Shown piece by piece: positions 1-7,621 of a stretch of DNA of 27,431 nt. Position 1 is the first letter of the stretch, and each line of letters starts with the position of its first letter. The notes under the pieces are model-generated. The model made no database searches and had not been told where the DNA came from. It saw only the letters and a program-made list of their open reading frames with translations. A program made the position numbers and the translations under genes. Origin of the DNA: Chloroflexota bacterium (lineage in GTDB: Bacteria > Chloroflexota > Anaerolineae > Anaerolineales > DRKV01); the NCBI GenBank assembly GCA_011051635.1, contig DRKV01000086.1, positions 1 to 27,431 on the forward strand, read 5' to 3'.

Positions 1-5
1 CTCAT
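1..5 (-). CDS. 5' end (ATG AG...) of a gene running off the left edge; product unknown
   Basis: Minus strand reads GGAAAGGAGacctccaATGAG: SD-like AAAGGAG (plus 13-19) 7 nt before an ATG at 5-3. Only the start is in the window. Confidence 0.5.
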
Positions 6-160
6 TGGAGGTCTCCTTTCCGGGATAAGTCTAAAGCAATTTTCCAATGATGCCCGACGGATACCCGACTGGGAGGCTCTGGAGGGCTGTTTTAGCGTTT
101 GGAGGGGCCTTATATCTGCGTTTCCGAATAGAAACCGTCTGTGTTTGCGCAAAAATAAGG

Positions 161-188
161 TCCGAAGTCTCACAGACTTCGGAGGTCT
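161..188. repeat. REP-like palindrome, subfamily A (left arm partly degraded)
   Basis: tccgaagtct-cac-agacttcgga(ggtct): 10-bp perfect stem, 3-nt loop; the right arm agacttcggaggtct matches the copy at 4660-4674 (one mismatch). Confidence 0.8.
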
Positions 189-470
189 CTTCTTGGGAAC
201 TCTTCTCGGCCGGGGGAGGGGAAGACTCCCGAAGTTGCTGGTTCCCCTCGCATGGCTTGAAGAGCACTTGTGAGCGGTATTCGATGGGAGGAGACCAGAT
301 GGAATATCCCTGCCGATTTTTCTGAAAATGAGCCACTCCGAATCTTGAACCTTCTTGGGCGTAATAACGACGAAGTATTGTAACCCGTAAGTCTTCAAGA
401 GACGCCGCGCATTATTTTGCGGTTTGGTGGCGTCCGTGTATTTTTGATTATTCGAGGAGGTAGTATCACA

Positions 471-3400
471 ATGAAGCAAGCGCAATCCGTTTTTTATCTT
501 TTAAGCAGACTTGTTCTTATGGGAACACTTGCTGCTTATTCTCTCTTTCCATCTTTGTTGGCCCAGGCCGCCAGCCCGGAACGGGTGCTGGATACGGATA
601 TGTCCATCACCATGAGCGATACGATTGACCCGGTCGTGACGGGGCGTCCCTTCGCTTATGCCATCACGGTGACCAACAACGGCGGAACGCTGACATCCGG
701 CGTTGTGCTGACCGACACCCTGCCGACGGAACTGGACTTCGCCTTTGCGGATGCCAGCCAGGGCGTGTGTGGTTTCTCCAGCGGCACGCTGACCTGTAAT
801 CTCGGCTCGCTGGCGGCGGGGGCTTCGGCGGTGGTGACGCTCACGGTCTCCGCCAACACTGCTGGTACGGTGAGCAACACGGCCTCGGTCAGCGCCAATG
901 ACACGGAACTCAACCCCGGGGATAACACGGTCACAGAGGATACCACCACCGAAGCCGGGACCAGCACCATTTGCTATGCCGCCGCCGATGGGGGCGACCG
1001 TCTGGTGACCGTTGACCGCGCGACCTGGGCGGGGACTATCGTCGGCGGCTTTGGCGTGGGGAATATCGAAACCATTGCCTACTGGCCGGGAACGAATACC
1101 CTCTACGCTGCCAATGCAGGTGATTTTGGGGTTGTGAATGTCTCCACCGGTGCTTACACCAGCATCGGGACCATCGGTTCCGGGGATGGCTCTCAGGGGA
1201 CGGTCACCATGGACGATGTGGATGGCCTGACCTTCGACCCCTTTACCGGGATTCTCTACGGTTCCCAGCGAGAAGGGAATGCGGATTTGTTAATCCAGAT
1301 TGACCCCTCCACCGGCGCCATTGTGCAAGATGCTTTTGGCCCCGGGGTTGATTATCGGGAAATTACCATTATCGCCGGGCTGGACGATGTGGATGACATT
1401 GCTATCTCCTCGGTGGACGGCACGATGTACGCCACGGAGAACAACAGCACGGGCGACCACATCATCATCGTGGACAAAACTACGGGCAATGCCACCGATG
1501 TCGCCCGCGTCACAGAGGCTGGTTCCGGAACGACCATTGATGACGTGGAAGGCCTGGGCTACGATGCGCTGGGGAATTTTTACGCCACCACAGGTACCGC
1601 CAGCGCGGCGGCGTACCGCAACAGTTATTACACCGTGGACCCGGCGACGGCGCAGATGACTTTGCGCAGCGACCTCTCCGGTCAGGGGACGGATTACGAG
1701 GGCACCGACTGCCTGGTGGACGGGGTCAACTCGGTTGCCGGGACCGTCTTCGAGGACCTGGATGCCGACGGTGTGCGGGATACCGGCGAAAATGGCACTT
1801 CCGGTGTGACGGTGAACCTCTACCGCGATACCAACGGCAATGGACAGGTGGACCCCGGCGAACCGCTGGTTGCCACGCAGCAGACGGATGCCAACGGGCA
1901 TTACAGTTTCACCATGGCTGCCTCCGGCGACCTGGTGATGGATATCGATACCGCCACCCTGCCCGCCAATCACTACCTGACCACGGATAACCTTGAAGCC
2001 GCCAGTTTCAGCGGGTTCGGGAACCTGGATGCCCAAAATGACTTCGGGCACGCTCCGCCGGTGACCATCGGCGACCGCATCTGGCTCGATGCCAACGGCG
2101 ACGGCGTGCAGGACAGCGACGAAGGGGGCATCGGGGATGTGGATGTCTGGCTGGACCTGGACGGTGACGGCATCCGCGATGCCGGGGAACCGGTCGCCAC
2201 CACGGATGCCAGCGGCAATTACCTCTTCGAAAACGTCCAGGCGGGCGATTACACCGTGCGGGTGGATACCTCCACCCTGCCCGCGGGTCTCACCCAAACC
2301 GGCGACCCCGATGATGTTCAGGATAACGCCCATACCCTGGGAACCTACCCCGGCAACAGTTATCTGGATGTGGATTTCGGCTATCAGGGCTTACCGGTGA
2401 CCATCGGCGATACCATCTGGAACGACCTGGACGGTGACGGCGTGCAGGATAGCGGCGAAGGCGGCATCAGCGGCGTGACTGTCTGGCTGGATATGGACGG
2501 CGACGGCGTGCGGGATGCTGACGAACCCTCCACCACCACCGATGAGAACGGGGAATACCTGTTCTCCGGGCTGCCTGCCGGGACGTACACCGTCACCGTG
2601 GACACCGGGGCGGGTTCTCCTCTCAATGGTGCCACCCAAACCTACGACCTGGACGGAACCGGCACCCCCAATACTGCCAGCGTTACCCTCGCCGCGGGCG
2701 AGACCCGCACCGACCTGGACTTCGGCTACCAGTACGCCGCCCTTTCGGTGGGCAAATCCTCCGATGCGGGCGGGACGGTCGCCCCGGGGGACACGATTAC
2801 CTACACCATCGTCGTGCGTAACAACACCGGCGCCACCCACGAGAACATCGTGGTTTCGGATACCCTGCCCGCGGGCACGACCTATGTCGCCAACAGCACG
2901 CAGGTGACCGCCCCCGCGCATGAGACCGTGCGCGACGAGTTCTCCGCGGTGGCGTACAACAACAACGACGGCACCCAAAACTGGGCTTCCAATTGGAGCG
3001 AGGAGAACGACGATGGTGACCCCGCCGCGGGAAAAATCTACATTGATAGCGGAGAATTCGTCTTTCATGGCACATCTGATACCGATGTGTTCACGGCGAC
3101 CCGCTCGGCGAATCTTTCCGGGGTCACCGCGGCAACCTTGACGTTCGACTTTCACTCCCGGGGCACTTTGGAGTCCGCAGATACCCTGGAAATCCGGGTC
3201 AACGACGGGGCTGGTTGGGTCACACTGGACCCCCTGAGCGATGACGGGGACCTGGATAACGGGGGTTACAGCCGGGATATTACCGCCTATGCCAGTGCCA
3301 GCACCCAGATTGCCTTGCGGGTGACCGGTTTTCGCCAGACGTATGAGTATCTGTACATCGATAACGTCCAGATTGCCTATGCTGTCTCGCCTGTAACCCA

Positions 3401-4622
3401 AGCCGGAAACGCCCCGCCCACCCTGGTGGCCGCGGGGGATGGCTACTCTCTGTTGGCGGGCGAGGTGATGACTGTCACCTTCCAGGTCACGGTGGATAAC
3501 CCCGTTCCCGCCGGCCTGGGCAGCATAGACAACACCGTGGAAGTTACCAGCGACCAGCAATCCAGCCCTCAGCAATCTTCCACCACGGATGATTTGCCCG
3601 ATGCCACCCTCGGCGACCGTCTCTGGTACGACACGGATGGCAACGGCGTGCAGGATGGCGGCGAGGACGGCGTTGCCGGGGTGACAGTGAACCTCTACGA
3701 CCCCGGTCCCGATGGCGTGATTGGTGGCGGCGATGACGTGCTGGTCGCTTCCACCACCACGGATTCCAACGGCAACTACACTTTCGCCGACATCCCCGCC
3801 GACCAATACTACCTGGACTTTGACCTGCCCTCCGGCTATTCTTTCACCACCCAGAATGCCGGGGGCGATGACGCCCTCGACAGCGATGTGGATGCCTCCG
3901 GGCAGACGGTCGTCTTTTCCCTCACCGCGGGAGAGACGAACAACGACTTCGACGCCGGGCTGACCAACTCCCAACTGGATTATGGCGACCTGCCGGACAG
4001 TTATAACCGCACCCTGCTGGCGGATGACGGCCCCCGCCACACCGTCGGCACTCTCACCCTCGGCCCCAATGTGGATACCGAACCCGACGGGCAGGAAAGC
4101 AATACCGCCTCGGCGGACAACTATGACGATGGCGTTACTCGCGATATGAGTGACAACTGGACCAACGGCGCAACCGTGGATATTGACCTGGACCTGCGCG
4201 GCTCCACCGCCAGCGGGCTTGCCGATGTCGGCATGTGGATTGACTGGAACAACGATGGCGTCTTTGGCGCTGGCGAGTTCTACTCCTTCTCCGGGCTGAA
4301 TGTGGGTATGGTCAACACTGTGCAAATCACCGTGCCCGATAGTTCCACCTATACCGTAGGCGATGACATCAACGTGCGTGTGCGCGCTTTTGACCCTGAC
4401 AATCTCCCTGGCGGCTCTCTGGACGGCGGCGATTACGCCGGTCCCGCCACCAACGGCGAAGTGGAAGATTATTTCTGGGAATTTGGGCCGACGGCTATCA
4501 CCCTTGAAGACTTGCAGGCGGTCTCCGGCGGAGATTGGAATACCGCTTTGCCCGTGGCATTCCTGGGCGTACTTCTGTTGACAGGAGCCGGGCTGGTGTT
4601 ACGCAAGCGCTACTTGGCCTGA
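471..4622 (+). CDS. Large secreted/surface-anchored adhesin-like protein (DUF11 x2, beta-propeller-like region, SdrD-B/Cna-B-like x4, GEVED domain, C-terminal TM anchor), ~1383 aa
   Basis: SD GAGGAGG at 454-460 favours ATG 471 over 417. Signal peptide ending AQA-A; DUF11 motifs (YAITVTNNG...VVLTDTLP; YTIVVRNN...VVSDTLPAGTTYV); four GD.IW.D.DGDGVQD.GE.G..GV.V.L-type repeats; DYGDLPDSY...WIDWNNDGVF...GEVEDY; ends PTAITL...hydrophobic helix...RKR. Confidence 0.9.
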   Translation: MKQAQSVFYLLSRLVLMGTLAAYSLFPSLLAQAASPERVLDTDMSITMSDTIDPVVTGRPFAYAITVTNNGGTLTSGVVLTDTLPTELDFAFADASQGVCGFSSGTLTCNLGSLAAGASAVVTLTVSANTAGTVSNTASVSANDTELNPGDNTVTEDTTTEAGTSTICYAAADGGDRLVTVDRATWAGTIVGGFGVGNIETIAYWPGTNTLYAANAGDFGVVNVSTGAYTSIGTIGSGDGSQGTVTMDDVDGLTFDPFTGILYGSQREGNADLLIQIDPSTGAIVQDAFGPGVDYREITIIAGLDDVDDIAISSVDGTMYATENNSTGDHIIIVDKTTGNATDVARVTEAGSGTTIDDVEGLGYDALGNFYATTGTASAAAYRNSYYTVDPATAQMTLRSDLSGQGTDYEGTDCLVDGVNSVAGTVFEDLDADGVRDTGENGTSGVTVNLYRDTNGNGQVDPGEPLVATQQTDANGHYSFTMAASGDLVMDIDTATLPANHYLTTDNLEAASFSGFGNLDAQNDFGHAPPVTIGDRIWLDANGDGVQDSDEGGIGDVDVWLDLDGDGIRDAGEPVATTDASGNYLFENVQAGDYTVRVDTSTLPAGLTQTGDPDDVQDNAHTLGTYPGNSYLDVDFGYQGLPVTIGDTIWNDLDGDGVQDSGEGGISGVTVWLDMDGDGVRDADEPSTTTDENGEYLFSGLPAGTYTVTVDTGAGSPLNGATQTYDLDGTGTPNTASVTLAAGETRTDLDFGYQYAALSVGKSSDAGGTVAPGDTITYTIVVRNNTGATHENIVVSDTLPAGTTYVANSTQVTAPAHETVRDEFSAVAYNNNDGTQNWASNWSEENDDGDPAAGKIYIDSGEFVFHGTSDTDVFTATRSANLSGVTAATLTFDFHSRGTLESADTLEIRVNDGAGWVTLDPLSDDGDLDNGGYSRDITAYASASTQIALRVTGFRQTYEYLYIDNVQIAYAVSPVTQAGNAPPTLVAAGDGYSLLAGEVMTVTFQVTVDNPVPAGLGSIDNTVEVTSDQQSSPQQSSTTDDLPDATLGDRLWYDTDGNGVQDGGEDGVAGVTVNLYDPGPDGVIGGGDDVLVASTTTDSNGNYTFADIPADQYYLDFDLPSGYSFTTQNAGGDDALDSDVDASGQTVVFSLTAGETNNDFDAGLTNSQLDYGDLPDSYNRTLLADDGPRHTVGTLTLGPNVDTEPDGQESNTASADNYDDGVTRDMSDNWTNGATVDIDLDLRGSTASGLADVGMWIDWNNDGVFGAGEFYSFSGLNVGMVNTVQITVPDSSTYTVGDDINVRVRAFDPDNLPGGSLDGGDYAGPATNGEVEDYFWEFGPTAITLEDLQAVSGGDWNTALPVAFLGVLLLTGAGLVLRKRYLA

Positions 4623-4641
4623 ACGTTAGTCGACAGACGAA

Positions 4642-4674
4642 AGACCTCCGAAGTCTCCCGGACTTCGGAGGTCT
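4642..4674. repeat. REP-like palindrome, subfamily A
   Basis: agacctccgaagtc-tcccg-gacttcggaggtct: 14-bp perfect inverted repeat, 33 bp total, 19 nt after the stop of the surface-protein gene. Confidence 0.9.
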
Positions 4675-4685
4675 CGCTGATGACG

Positions 4686-4723
4686 AGACCTGACGGGTTC
4701 GGAAAACCCGTCAGGTCTTTTTT
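4686..4723 (+). terminator. REP-like palindrome subfamily B followed by T6; probable intrinsic terminator between convergent genes
   Basis: agacctgacgggtt-cggaa-aacccgtcaggtct (14-bp perfect stem) with T-run 4718-4723; lies between the convergent surface-protein gene and pyk. Confidence 0.75.
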
Positions 4724-4738
4724 GGATGCTTTTCCCTC

Positions 4739-6172
4739 CTATTCTCGCACGGTGTGCAGGAGCGCCAGGTTGGTGGGGCGCATACTCCCCACCGGATAGC
4801 CGCAAATCAGCACCACCTGCTGGCCGGGCTGGACAGGCGTCTCAGCGACCATGGCGCTTTCCACGTGCGCCAGCATGGTCTCCATGTCCTCGGCGCGGGG
4901 GATGAGGTGGGGACGTACGCCCCACAAGAGCGCCATCTGGCGGTAAGTCTGTTCGCGGGGCGTAAAGGCCAGGATGGGCACGCCGGGGCGTTCCTTGGAC
5001 ATCAGCCGGGCTGTACGCCCGCGCACGGTGAAGATGGCAATCGCGGCCACGTTGCGGTCGTGCGCCAGTTCCCGCGCTGCTCGCGTGATGTAGACCGCGT
5101 CGTCGTAGGCATCGTCCGGCGGAGCGCCCTGCCAGTGTCCCCAGGCATCGGTGTGTTCCTCGGCCTCCCGAATGATGGAAGCCATCATCTCCACCGCCTT
5201 GACGGGATACTTGCCCACCGCCGTTTCGCCGGAGAGCATCACCGCATCCGAGCCGTCGAAGATGGCATTTGCCACGTCCGAGGCCTCGGCGCGGGTGGGG
5301 CGCGGGTTGTGTATCATCGATTCCAGCATCTGCGTGGCCGTGATGACGATTTTGGCGTGCCGGTTGGCCTCTTCGATGATGCGCTTCTGGGCGATGGGTA
5401 CGCTTTCGGGCGGCATCTCCACCCCCAGGTCGCCGCGGGCCACCATCACCCCGTCGGCGGCGTGGATGATGCCGTGCAGGTTTGCCAGCGCTTCGGGACG
5501 CTCCAGTTTGGCGATGACCGGGGTGTGGACGCGCTCCGGGGCGTACCGGCTGATAGCCTGCCGCACGCGGGCCACGTCTTCCGGGGTGCGGACGAAGGAC
5601 ATGGCGACCGCGTCTACCTCCTGGGAGAGACCGAATTTCAGGTCGGCCTCATCTTTGGATGTAAATCCGGGGATGTCGAGCGGGACCCCGGGGAGGTTGA
5701 CTCCTTTATGGGGGGTCAGCACGCCCCCCAAAAGGACGCGGGTCTCCACTTCTTTCTCCCTTACGGCGGTCACTTCCAATTCCAGCCGCCCGTCTGCCAG
5801 CAGAATCCGCCCTCCCGCATGGACGCTCTGGGGCAAGCGGGGAAAATCCACCGAGATGCGTTCCGGGGTGCCTTCCACGGATTCGGTGGTCAAAATCAAT
5901 GCCTGACCGGCCTGGAGCGTTACCTGCCCCTCCTTCAGCGTTCCGGTGCGAATTTTTGGCCCTTGCAGGTCTTGCAGAATGGCAACCGGGCGACCGAGAC
6001 GGTGCGCCAGCCTGCGGACGCGGGCGATGCGGAGGGCGTGCTGTTCGTGAGTTCCGTGGGAAAAATTCATGCGCGCCACATCCATCCCGGCTTGCAGCAT
6101 GTGGAAGAGCGTACTTTCGTCCTCGCTGGCCGGGCCGAGGGTGGCTACGATTTTTGCGCCGCGCAGGGACAT
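4739..6172 (-). CDS. pyk: Pyruvate kinase
   Basis: KIVATLGPAS, ARMNFSHG, DLQGPKIRTG, IAKLE, DGVMVARGDLGVE, ITATQMLESM..NPRPTRAEASDVANAIFDGSDAVMLSGETA; SD-like AAAAGGA upstream. Confidence 0.98.
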   Translation of the reverse strand: MSLRGAKIVATLGPASEDESTLFHMLQAGMDVARMNFSHGTHEQHALRIARVRRLAHRLGRPVAILQDLQGPKIRTGTLKEGQVTLQAGQALILTTESVEGTPERISVDFPRLPQSVHAGGRILLADGRLELEVTAVREKEVETRVLLGGVLTPHKGVNLPGVPLDIPGFTSKDEADLKFGLSQEVDAVAMSFVRTPEDVARVRQAISRYAPERVHTPVIAKLERPEALANLHGIIHAADGVMVARGDLGVEMPPESVPIAQKRIIEEANRHAKIVITATQMLESMIHNPRPTRAEASDVANAIFDGSDAVMLSGETAVGKYPVKAVEMMASIIREAEEHTDAWGHWQGAPPDDAYDDAVYITRAARELAHDRNVAAIAIFTVRGRTARLMSKERPGVPILAFTPREQTYRQMALLWGVRPHLIPRAEDMETMLAHVESAMVAETPVQPGQQVVLICGYPVGSMRPTNLALLHTVRE

Positions 6173-6194
6173 GGGCGATTTTCCTTTTGAATCT

Positions 6195-6272
6195 CCCCTC
6201 TCCTTTTGGGAGAGGGGCAGGGGGTGAGGGCTTACCCCCCTCTCCTTTTGGGAGAGGGGCAGGGGGTGAGGG
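6195..6272. repeat. Two identical 36-bp hairpin-containing repeats in tandem (period 42)
   Basis: cccctctccttttgggagaggggcagggggtgaggg at 6195-6230 and 6237-6272; each has the stem cccctctcc/ggagagggg. Confidence 0.9.
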
Positions 6273-6281
6273 AAAACGACG

Positions 6282-6304
6282 AAACCCGTCAGGTCTTTTT
6301 TGGA
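6282..6304. repeat. Half copy (right arm plus T6) of REP-like subfamily B
   Basis: aaacccgtcaggtcttttttgga is identical over 23 bp to 4704-4726; the left arm is absent. Confidence 0.85.
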
Positions 6305-6310
6305 GGGGAA

Positions 6311-7621
6311 TTACAGATACTTCAACTCTTTCGCCTTGTAGGTCAACTCGTCCCGAAAGTCGGGATGGGCGATGTTGATGAGTTCCTGCGCCCGTTGGCG
6401 GATGGTCTTGCCGTACAGGGAGGCCACGCCGTACTCTGTGACGACGTAACGCACGTGATTGCGGGTAGTGACCACCCCCGCCCCAGGCTTTAGCATGGCG
6501 GTGATGCGGCTGAAGCGCTTCCCACTGCGCGTTTGGGCTACACTGGGCAGGGCGATGATGGGTACGCCGCCCTTGGAGCGCGACGCCCCGTAGATGAAAT
6601 CCAGTTGTCCGCCTACGCCGCTGTAGAGTTTGGGACCGATACTGTCGGCGCAAACCTGGCCGGTGAGGTCCACCTCGATGGCTGAGTTGATGGCGACCAT
6701 ACGCTCGTTTTGCGCCACGGTAAAGGGGTCGTTGACGTATTCGGTGCGGTGCAGTTCAATCATCGGGTTGTCGTTCACCCACTCGTAGAGACGCTTGCTG
6801 CCCAGGATGAAACCGGCCACGATTTTGCCGGGGTGGAGGGTCTTGCGCGCTCCGGTCAGAACCCCGGCTTCGACCAGGTCAATCACCCCGTCGGAGAAGA
6901 GTTCGGTGTGGACGCCGAGGTCTTTCTTGTCGTAGAGGTATTTCAGCACCGCGTCGGGCACCGCTCCGATGCCCATTTGCATCGTCGCCCCGTCGGGAAT
7001 CAGGTCGGCGATGAAACCGGCAATCTTCTGGGTGACTTCGTCGTTCCCTTTGCCGCCCATGACCATTTCGGGCAGGTCGTAGTTGACCGGCACGATGTAA
7101 TCCAGACGGCTGGCGTGAATGAAAGAATCGCCCAGGGTGCGGGGCATTTTCTCGTTGATTTCGGCGATGATGACTTTGGCCGATTCTGCCGGGCTTTTCG
7201 TCAGGCCGTTTTCCACACCGAAACTGCAAAAGCCATGCTCGTCGGGGGGCGAGAGATGCACCAGGGCGACATCCAGCGGCAGGTGGCCTTCCTTGAACAG
7301 GAGAGGGAACTCCGAGAGGAAGACGGGCGTGAAATCGGCGCGGCCTTCCTGCACCGCTTTGCGGATGTTGGCGCTGATGAACATGGTGTTGACCCGCAGA
7401 TGGCCTTCCATTTCGGGGGCGACGTAATCCGCCGGGCCGATGGTCAGGGCCTGGTCAATTTCCACGTCTTCCAGTTCAGGAGCGCGGGCCACCAGGGCTT
7501 TCAGCAGTTGCTGGGGGGTGGAGCAGTTGCCCGTCAGGAAGACGCGCTGGTGGGATTGGATGACCTGGACGGCCTCCTCGGCGGTGACGACCTTGTTGCG
7601 GTATTGGTTGACCCAACTCAT
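6311..7621 (-). CDS. Acetyl-CoA hydrolase/transferase family protein (4-hydroxybutyrate CoA-transferase-like)
   Basis: IPDGATMQMGIGAVPDAV, DLGVHTELFSDG (catalytic Glu motif), INSAIEVDLTGQVCADSIG...YSGVGGQLDFIYGA, VVTEYGVASLYGKTIRQRAQELINIAHPDFR. ATGA overlap with upstream ald-like gene. Substrate not determinable. Confidence 0.93.
   Translation of the reverse strand: MSWVNQYRNKVVTAEEAVQVIQSHQRVFLTGNCSTPQQLLKALVARAPELEDVEIDQALTIGPADYVAPEMEGHLRVNTMFISANIRKAVQEGRADFTPVFLSEFPLLFKEGHLPLDVALVHLSPPDEHGFCSFGVENGLTKSPAESAKVIIAEINEKMPRTLGDSFIHASRLDYIVPVNYDLPEMVMGGKGNDEVTQKIAGFIADLIPDGATMQMGIGAVPDAVLKYLYDKKDLGVHTELFSDGVIDLVEAGVLTGARKTLHPGKIVAGFILGSKRLYEWVNDNPMIELHRTEYVNDPFTVAQNERMVAINSAIEVDLTGQVCADSIGPKLYSGVGGQLDFIYGASRSKGGVPIIALPSVAQTRSGKRFSRITAMLKPGAGVVTTRNHVRYVVTEYGVASLYGKTIRQRAQELINIAHPDFRDELTYKAKELKYL

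Noticed and set aside
31-336. ORFs 31..336 (-) and 47..325 (+) in the left intergenic region
   Set aside because: Both run through a REP palindrome, have no recognisable motifs and no SD at their starts; only the last 8 codons of the + ORF have an SD (reported separately).
1-470. Riboswitch or ncRNA in the long divergent intergenic region, and in the argF leader 10991-11086
   Set aside because: No consensus of c-di-GMP, c-di-AMP, TPP, SAM, cobalamin or T-box elements, and no ARG box, recognised by eye. An Rfam/Infernal search would be decisive.
417-470. Upstream start at 417 for the surface protein
   Set aside because: The strong SD at 454-460 and signal-peptide layout fit ATG 471.
4488-4622. 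LPxTG sortase signal or T9SS C-terminal domain on the surface protein
   Set aside because: No LPxTG-like pentapeptide before the TM helix, and the tail is a TM helix plus basic residues, not a T9SS beta-sandwich.
6195-6272. Mini CRISPR array (36-bp repeats)
   Set aside because: Only two units with a 6-nt spacer, no leader and no cas genes.
5706-6653. 315-aa minus-strand ORF with PSPPAPLPKGEG repeats
   Set aside because: It overlaps both pyk and the CoA transferase out of frame; the peptide repeat is just the translation of the 36-bp DNA repeat.
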